Notes under the pieces: generated by a model
What the model saw: only the letters and a program-made list of their open reading frames with translations
The model's database searches: none
What the model was told of the DNA's origin: nothing
Shown here: piece after piece, positions 58,008 to 64,000 of the stretch
How the letters are laid out: the number at the start of each line of letters is the position of its first letter
Numbering within the stretch: the first letter of the stretch is position 1
NCBI GenBank assembly: GCA_964479005.1
Contig: CAYZJA010000002.1
Coordinates: 128,001-192,000, forward strand
Length of the DNA: 64,000 nucleotides
From: an uncultured Candidatus Saccharibacteria bacterium
Lineage (GTDB): Bacteria > Patescibacteriota > Minisyncoccia > UBA6257
Direction: 5' to 3'
Made by a program: the position numbers and the translations under genes

Positions 58008-58809
58008 AGCGGGGGATTATCGATTTATTTCGCCGCTAACAATTGCCAAAATAACCGAGGCTATTACTAATGGAAAATTAAGCAATAATCATAGTTTTCT
58101 CATAACAGAAGGGGAAACAATGCTGGAGATAGAGGAAAATTTAAAAGAGAAAGGTTTAATTGACAAATCTGCCTCATTAAAAGAATGGAAAATAGGAGAT
58201 TTTCTTGAGAAAAAACATTTTGATATTTTTTCTCAAATTCCTTCAGATGCTTCATTAGAGGGCTTTTTATTTCCTGATTCTTATCATTTACCCCAAGGAT
58301 TGGAAGAAAAAGAAATTCTTTCAATACTTATTGATAATTTTGTCGCAAAAGCCCGTGGTGAGTTTAGTCAAACCACTAAAAATGATTTATTTTTTGATAT
58401 TAAGGAGCAAAAAAGAAGTTTTTATGAAATTTTAATAATAGCTTCTTTGTTGGAAAAAGAAGTTCGTGTAGAGACAGATAAAAGAATGGTGGCAGATATT
58501 CTTTGGAGGAGATTGGATACAAATTTTCCTCTTCAGGTAGATGCAACAATATGCTATGCAAAATATGAATCATTTAAAAATTGTTCTCTTACCCGTGAAT
58601 TATTTAAATTAGATTCTCCGTACAATACTTATATTTATAAAGGATTGCCTCCTACGCCTATTAATAATCCCGGAATAGAATCAATACAAGCGGCTTTAAA
58701 TCCATTGGCAAATGATCATTGGTATTATATGACTGACAGAAAAACAGGAAGAACAGTCTTTTCTGAAACATTTGACGAGCATTTAGAATTTCGCGGAAAA
58801 TATCTATAA
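58003..58809 (+). pseudogene. Truncated duplicate of mltG (C-terminal ~260 codons; lacks TM/N-terminus)
   Basis: Strong nucleotide and protein similarity to 51241..52018 (e.g. LEIEENL[K/R]EKGLID, LQVDATICYA, SPYNTY[I/L]YKGLPPTPINNPGIESIQAALNP). Confidence 0.7.
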
Positions 58810-58830
58810 AAACCAAAAACAGAGAATATT

Positions 58831-59916
58831 ATGAAAATTTTTATAATTTTAGGTACTCGTCCAGAGATTATTAAAATGTCTCCTGTTATAAGGGAATGTA
58901 TTAAAAAAAGGCTGAATTTTTCGATTTTGCATACAAATCAGCATTACTCGGAAAATTTGGATAAGGTATTTTTTAAAGAATTAAATTTACCTCGACCAAA
59001 ATATAATCTGAATGTTGGTTCTGGAACTCATGCTGAGCAAACAGCGAAAATTCTTGTTGGAGTGGAAAAGATTTTACTAAAAGAAAGGCCAGATATTGTT
59101 TTAGTTGAGGGCGATACTAATACAGTATTAGCAGGCGCTTTAGCAGCTGCTAAACTTCATATTAAAGTAGGGCATATTGAAGCGGGATTGAGGTCTTATT
59201 ATAGGGAAATGCCAGAAGAAATTAATAGAATTTTAGTTGATCATTGTTCTGATTTGCTTTTTACTCCAACAAAAGAAACGAAAGACATACTCTTAAATGA
59301 AGGGATTCCTCGTAATAAAATATTTGTTACAGGCAATACTATAATTGACGCTGTTTTTCAGAATCTTAAATTAGCTGAGAAAAAATCAAAAATATTGGAA
59401 AAACTTAATTTATCAAAAAGAGGATATTTTTTAATGACTGCCCATCGCGCAGAGAATGTTGATAATGAAAGTAGGCTAAGAGGTATTTTAAAAGGTGTTG
59501 AGATGACTTCTGAAAAATTTTCTTTGCCTGTAATTTATCCCATTCATCCGAGAACAAGAAAGATGATGAAAAAATTTAAACTTAAGGTTTCAAATAAGGT
59601 TAGATTACTCGAACCAATAGGCTATTTGGATTTTTTAAAACTTGAAAATAGTGCTAAACTAATACTTACTGATTCAGGGGGAATACAAGAAGAAGCTTGC
59701 GCAATGCGAGTTCCTTGCGTAACTTTGAGAGATAATACTGAAAGGCCAGAAACAATAGATGTAGGTAGTAATCTGTTGTCAGGTGCTAATCCTTTAAGAA
59801 TCTTAAAATCTGTTTCAAAAATGATGAATAAAAACAGAAAATGGAAAAATCCATTTGGTTCTGGCAAAACAGCGGAAAAAATAATCAAAATTATCCAGAA
59901 AAATGAAAAAGCATAA
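58831..59916 (+). CDS. wecB: UDP-N-acetylglucosamine 2-epimerase (non-hydrolysing)
   Basis: MKIFIILGTRPEIIKMSPV N-terminus and ...HIEAGLRS...DSGGIQEEA motifs. Confidence 0.85.
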   Translation: MKIFIILGTRPEIIKMSPVIRECIKKRLNFSILHTNQHYSENLDKVFFKELNLPRPKYNLNVGSGTHAEQTAKILVGVEKILLKERPDIVLVEGDTNTVLAGALAAAKLHIKVGHIEAGLRSYYREMPEEINRILVDHCSDLLFTPTKETKDILLNEGIPRNKIFVTGNTIIDAVFQNLKLAEKKSKILEKLNLSKRGYFLMTAHRAENVDNESRLRGILKGVEMTSEKFSLPVIYPIHPRTRKMMKKFKLKVSNKVRLLEPIGYLDFLKLENSAKLILTDSGGIQEEACAMRVPCVTLRDNTERPETIDVGSNLLSGANPLRILKSVSKMMNKNRKWKNPFGSGKTAEKIIKIIQKNEKA

Positions 59917-60067
59917 GGCAATATGTGTAATAGGCCTTGGTTATATTGGTTTGCCAACTGGCTGTTGTTTAGCTAAAGCTGGTTATGAAGTAATCGGCTT
60001 TTATTTAAATGAAGAGAAAATTAAGACTCTAAAATCGAAATTAAAAATTAACCAAGATGGATCTTAA
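59903..60067 (+). pseudogene. 54-codon N-terminal stub of UDP-N-acetyl-D-mannosamine/UDP-glucose dehydrogenase (wecC-like)
   Basis: MKKHKAICVIGLGYIGLPTGCCLAKAGYEVIGF is the NAD-binding N-terminus. It terminates inside the start of wzx and was not in the supplied ORF track. Confidence 0.6.
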
Positions 60068-61538
60068 AGATACAATCAAAAATATTGTTTTAAACCCAAG
60101 CGCTTTTTTTCTTAAAAACTCAGGAACTAAGCAGACTATTGCTAAAAACACTTTTTGGTTGGCAATAGCGGAAGGTATATCCAAGTTTTTAAAATTAATT
60201 TTAATTATTTATATTGCCCGAATTTTAGGGGCTACTGAATACGGAAAATTCACTTTTGCTTTAGCTTTTGTTTCTTTATTTGCCATTTTTTCTGATTTTG
60301 GTGTTTCTTCAATCACTACTCGCGAACTTGCCCGGGAAAAAGAGAAAGAAAAAGAATTTCCCAATATTCTTTCTTTAAAACTCGTTTTGGGTATAGGAGC
60401 TTTATTTTTAATTTGTCTTGGTTCTTTTTTTATTACCACTGACCCCTTGATTCGCGCGATAATCTGGATTTTAGGAATTTATATTATAGTAAGCAGTTTC
60501 TCGGGGATTATTTATGCTTTTCTAAGGGCTTGTCAGCAAATGGAATACGAGGCCTGGACTAAAATTCTACAAGCGATGGTTGTAACCGGGGCTGGTTTTT
60601 TTGTTCTTTTTAATTTTCCCTCGGTTCAAAGTTTAAGTTTAGCTTATTTGTTTGCCGTCTCAATTGCTTTGATTGCTATATTGACTTTTTTTCACTTCAA
60701 GATTTATCAACTGAAATTAAGTTTTAATAAAAATATATGGCGAAATGTTTTATTAATGTCTTGGCCTCTGGCTTTAGCAGGGATATTCGGAACGATTTAT
60801 AGCCAAACTGATTCGATAATGATGGGTTATTTTGGCCAAATTACCCAAGTTGGTTGGTATAATGCCGCTTATAAAATTATCGGAGCAACTTTGATTCCAG
60901 TAGGTCTTATCTCCATAAGTTTTTTTCCACTATTTAGTAAATTATTCAAAGAATCAAAAGAAAAACTTCAGAAATCTTGGGATTATTATATGCAGTTGAT
61001 GATTTTTTTATCCGTGCCTTTAATAGTAGGAGGTATAGTTTTAGCCCCAAAAATTATTGATTTTGTTTACAATTCAAGTTATTTTCCATCAATTTTAGCC
61101 TTTCAAATTTTACTAATAATGGCAGCACTTTCTTATATTTGCAATCCTTTTGGCCAGGCATTAATTGTTTCAAATCAGCAAAAAAGACTTTTTTGGATAA
61201 CTTTATCAGGAGCAATCGTCAATGTTGGGCTAAACTTAATTCTAATTCCAAAATACAGCCTTTATGGAGCAGCTTTCACCACAGTTGTTACTTTGTTTTT
61301 AATTCTCTTTTTGCTTTACAAATTCACGTCAAAATTTACTCCAATCAAACCATTTAATTTAAAATTTCTTTTTAGTTTTCTTGGCGCTACTTTTTCTAGT
61401 ATTCTAATGTATCTTGTAATTTCTCAACCGAATGTTTATAATTTAAATATCTTTCTTTCCATCCTTATAGGAAGTTTAATCTACTTTTTGTGTTTTTTTC
61501 TTCTTAGAAAAATCACAAATTTGCTTAAATTTTTATAA
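60057..61538 (+). CDS. wzx: Wzx-type oligosaccharide flippase (MOP superfamily polysaccharide biosynthesis protein)
   Basis: ~12-14 TM helices and an N-terminal ...AKNTFWLAIAEGISK region typical of Wzx/RfbX. Confidence 0.7.
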   Translation: MDLKDTIKNIVLNPSAFFLKNSGTKQTIAKNTFWLAIAEGISKFLKLILIIYIARILGATEYGKFTFALAFVSLFAIFSDFGVSSITTRELAREKEKEKEFPNILSLKLVLGIGALFLICLGSFFITTDPLIRAIIWILGIYIIVSSFSGIIYAFLRACQQMEYEAWTKILQAMVVTGAGFFVLFNFPSVQSLSLAYLFAVSIALIAILTFFHFKIYQLKLSFNKNIWRNVLLMSWPLALAGIFGTIYSQTDSIMMGYFGQITQVGWYNAAYKIIGATLIPVGLISISFFPLFSKLFKESKEKLQKSWDYYMQLMIFLSVPLIVGGIVLAPKIIDFVYNSSYFPSILAFQILLIMAALSYICNPFGQALIVSNQQKRLFWITLSGAIVNVGLNLILIPKYSLYGAAFTTVVTLFLILFLLYKFTSKFTPIKPFNLKFLFSFLGATFSSILMYLVISQPNVYNLNIFLSILIGSLIYFLCFFLLRKITNLLKFL

Positions 61539-61603
61539 CATATGAAAAATTTTATATTCAATCAATTTATGGGATACCATATAATTATTAATAAAAAAGT
61601 AAA

Positions 61604-62341
61604 ATGAAAGGCATAGTTTTAGCAGGTGGCACGGGTTCAAGGTTAAAACCTTTAACAAATGTTACAAACAAGCATCTTTTACCTGTTGGTAAGTACCCAA
61701 TGATTTTTTATCCGATTTATCAATTGAAACAATCAGGTATTACGGAAATTCTTATTGTAACTAGTAGAGGACATATGGGAGACGTTATTGAACTTCTTGG
61801 AAGTGGGTATGAATTTGGTGTTCAGTTTACTTTTAAAGTTCAAGATCAAGCAGGAGGAATTGCTCAGGCGCTAGGTTTAGCAGAGCATTTTGTTGACGGG
61901 GATCGTTGCGTTGTTATTCTTGGAGATAATATTTTTGAAAATGATATTACTCCTTTTGTTGAATCATTTGAAAAACAAGAAAAAGGAGCAAAAATACTTC
62001 TAAAAGAAGTTTCAGATCCCCAGAGATTTGGTGTAGCTGAGCTTAGAGATAGAAAAATTATTTTGATTGAAGAAAAACCAAAACGACCAAAAAGCAATTT
62101 TGCCGTTACTGGTATTTATATGTATGACTCTAAAGTATTTGATATTATTAAAACAATAAAACCTTCGGAAAGAGAGGAACTTGAAATAACGGATGTAAAT
62201 AATAATTATATTCAACAAGGCACGTTAACTTATGATATTTTAAAAGGTTGGTGGACTGATGCAGGGACTTCCGAATCTTTATTTCGAGCAAATGAATTTT
62301 GTAAAGATATAATCTTGAATTTTAAAAATGGAAAAGTTTAA
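61604..62341 (+). CDS. rmlA: Glucose-1-phosphate thymidylyltransferase (short form)
   Basis: GIVLAGGTGSRLKPLT nucleotidyltransferase motif. Sits upstream of rmlC-rmlD-rmlB. Confidence 0.8.
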   Translation: MKGIVLAGGTGSRLKPLTNVTNKHLLPVGKYPMIFYPIYQLKQSGITEILIVTSRGHMGDVIELLGSGYEFGVQFTFKVQDQAGGIAQALGLAEHFVDGDRCVVILGDNIFENDITPFVESFEKQEKGAKILLKEVSDPQRFGVAELRDRKIILIEEKPKRPKSNFAVTGIYMYDSKVFDIIKTIKPSEREELEITDVNNNYIQQGTLTYDILKGWWTDAGTSESLFRANEFCKDIILNFKNGKV

Positions 62342-62900
62342 AGTAATTAAAACTCCAATTAAAGATCTTGTAATAATAGAAACGAAAATATTCAAAGATG
62401 ATAGGGGATTTTTTATAGAAAGTTATAATTCAAAAGATTTTACTGATATTGGAGTTAATGGTCACTTTGTGCAAGATAATCATTCGATGTCAAAAAAAGG
62501 AGTTTTGAGAGGGTTACATTTTCAGTTTAAACATTCTCAAGGGAAGCTTGTTCGGGTAATTTCAGGAAAGGTATTTGATGTTGCAGTTGATTTAAGGTTA
62601 AACTCGTCAACTTTTGGGAAATGGTATGGAGTGGAACTTTCTGGTAATAATGGACTTCAATTTTATATACCTTCTGACTTTGCTCACGGTTTTCTTACCC
62701 TTCAAGAAAATACACATTTCTTTTATAAATGTACTGATTTTTACTGTCCTGATGATGAATTGGGAATTATATGGGATGATAAAGATATAGGTATCCAGTG
62801 GCCTTTATCTCAAGTTGAGAAGATTATAATTTCCAAGAAAGACAGTCAGTTACCCCCTTTTAGTGAAGTGAGGAGGATATTAGAAAAAGAAAATTCTTGA
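62328..62900 (+). CDS. rmlC: dTDP-4-dehydrorhamnose 3,5-epimerase
   Basis: RGLHFQ motif and cupin fold. Confidence 0.85.
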   Translation: MEKFKVIKTPIKDLVIIETKIFKDDRGFFIESYNSKDFTDIGVNGHFVQDNHSMSKKGVLRGLHFQFKHSQGKLVRVISGKVFDVAVDLRLNSSTFGKWYGVELSGNNGLQFYIPSDFAHGFLTLQENTHFFYKCTDFYCPDDELGIIWDDKDIGIQWPLSQVEKIIISKKDSQLPPFSEVRRILEKENS

Positions 62901-63766
62901 AGAAAATTATGAAAGTTTTAATACTTGGTGCAAATGGTCAATTGGGGAGTGAATTTAAGACTTTTTTGAAAGATAAAGCAGAAGTTTTTGCTTTTAATCA
63001 TAATGAGCTTGATATCCTTGATTTTAAAGGACTTATCAATAAATTCTTTGAATTATCTCCCGATGTTATCATAAATTGTGCAGCTTATACTAAAGTTGAC
63101 CAAGCAGAGGAAGAAGAAAATCTTGCTTATCAAGTAAATGCTGTAGGGGCAAAAAATATTTCCTTTGCTTCTTTTAAAATCAAGGCAAAAGTTGTTTATT
63201 TTAGCACTGATTATGTTTTTGATGGCACTCAAAATTCACCCTATAATGAATTTGACAAGCCCAACCCATTATCTATTTATGGTAGGTCAAAACTTTTTGG
63301 AGAAGAGTTTACAAAACAGTTTAATCCGAACCACTTAATTTTAAGAATTTCCTGGCTTTATGGAATAAATGGTTCAAACTTTGTAAAGAGTATTATAAGA
63401 CTTGCAAAAGAAAAAGGTGAATTAAAAGTTGTGAATGATCAATTTGGGACACCTACCTATACGCTTGATGTAGCAAAGCAAACTTGGAAACTTATTCAAG
63501 ATGATAATGTTGGTTTGTATCATTCTTCAAATACTGAGCAAACGACTTGGTTTGAATTTGCAAAAAAGATTGTTGAGCAACTTAACCTTGATGCAAAAGT
63601 CTTTCCGATAAAGACTGATAAGTTTCCAGTATTAGCAAAAAGACCAAGCTTTTCTGTACTGGAGGACTATTTACTTAAAATTGAAAATAAAAATATAATG
63701 CGTTCTTGGGAAGAAGCGTTTAACGATTTCGTAAACAAATATAAAAAGAAACTTATAAATGAATAA
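62897..63766 (+). CDS. rmlD: dTDP-4-dehydrorhamnose reductase
   Basis: MKVLILGANGQLG with STDYVFDG and YG..K motifs. Confidence 0.85.
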   Translation: MKKIMKVLILGANGQLGSEFKTFLKDKAEVFAFNHNELDILDFKGLINKFFELSPDVIINCAAYTKVDQAEEEENLAYQVNAVGAKNISFASFKIKAKVVYFSTDYVFDGTQNSPYNEFDKPNPLSIYGRSKLFGEEFTKQFNPNHLILRISWLYGINGSNFVKSIIRLAKEKGELKVVNDQFGTPTYTLDVAKQTWKLIQDDNVGLYHSSNTEQTTWFEFAKKIVEQLNLDAKVFPIKTDKFPVLAKRPSFSVLEDYLLKIENKNIMRSWEEAFNDFVNKYKKKLINE

Positions 63767-64000
63767 AACAATTTTAATAACAGGTGGAGCAGGTTTTATT
63801 GGCTCAAACTTCATCCATTATTTTGTAAAAGAATATCCTGATTACAGAATCGTAAACCTTGATAAGTTGACTTATGCAGGAAACCTTGAAAATCTAAAAG
63901 AAGTTGATGATAATCCGAATTACCATTTTGTAAAAGGGGATATTGTAAACAGGGAACTTGTTGAGTATATATTTGAAAAGTTTAATCCTTGTTATGTAGT
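63759..64000 (+). CDS. rmlB: dTDP-glucose 4,6-dehydratase (3'-partial; continues past the window end)
   Basis: MNKTILITGGAGFIGSNF N-terminus. The start overlaps the rmlD stop. Confidence 0.85.
   Translation, partial: MNKTILITGGAGFIGSNFIHYFVKEYPDYRIVNLDKLTYAGNLENLKEVDDNPNYHFVKGDIVNRELVEYIFEKFNPCYV

Overview
AT-rich (roughly two-thirds A+T by eye), gene-dense bacterial chromosome segment with short intergenic regions and many small hairpins. Features that together suggest a reduced-genome, CPR/Patescibacteria-like organism (inference only, no search run): a 23S rRNA interrupted by two group I introns encoding LAGLIDADG endonucleases; a 23S-5S unit with no 16S nearby; split transketolase genes; an archaeal-type class I aldolase; and a compact type IV pilus/competence gene set. 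Housekeeping genes, left to right: recO (5' partial), glyQS, M16 peptidase, AI-2E transporter, metG, tatD, rnj (-), tRNA-Leu (-), peptide-type ABC substrate-binding protein (-), secG (-), gpmI (-), rny, hup, S1-domain protein (-), tRNA-Phe/Val/Ala (-), tkt N-half, BNR-repeat secreted protein, tkt C-half, PfkB kinase, class I FBA, tRNA-Ser, comFC (-), pilM-pilN-pilO-small TM-pilB, three secreted/membrane hypotheticals (one Pro/Cys-rich), a CPBP protease, lgt (-), tRNA-Leu (-), parA-parB, small rel (-), topA (-), dprA (-), tRNA-Ile, tRNA-Ala, a membrane protein. Then the intron-bearing 23S, 5S, a peptidoglycan-binding protein, SEDS (FtsW/RodA), mltG, and a mosaic cell-surface polysaccharide locus ending in wecB, a wecC stub, wzx and rmlA-rmlC-rmlD-rmlB(partial). 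That locus carries several gene fragments (rfbB', hexapeptide acetyltransferase', methyltransferase', mltG', wecC') and is bracketed by direct repeats of the mltG 3' region. The most interesting signals: the intron-bearing 23S, whose leader carries its own promoter plus a terminated small RNA; a free-standing double-motif LAGLIDADG protein fused to tandem HTH domains; a recurring palindrome that pairs with tRNA CCA ends; a conserved 5' element shared by comFC and dprA; a family of terminator-like intergenic repeats; a Pro/Cys-rich secreted protein with a duplicated 3' remnant next to a CPBP protease; and the decayed polysaccharide locus.
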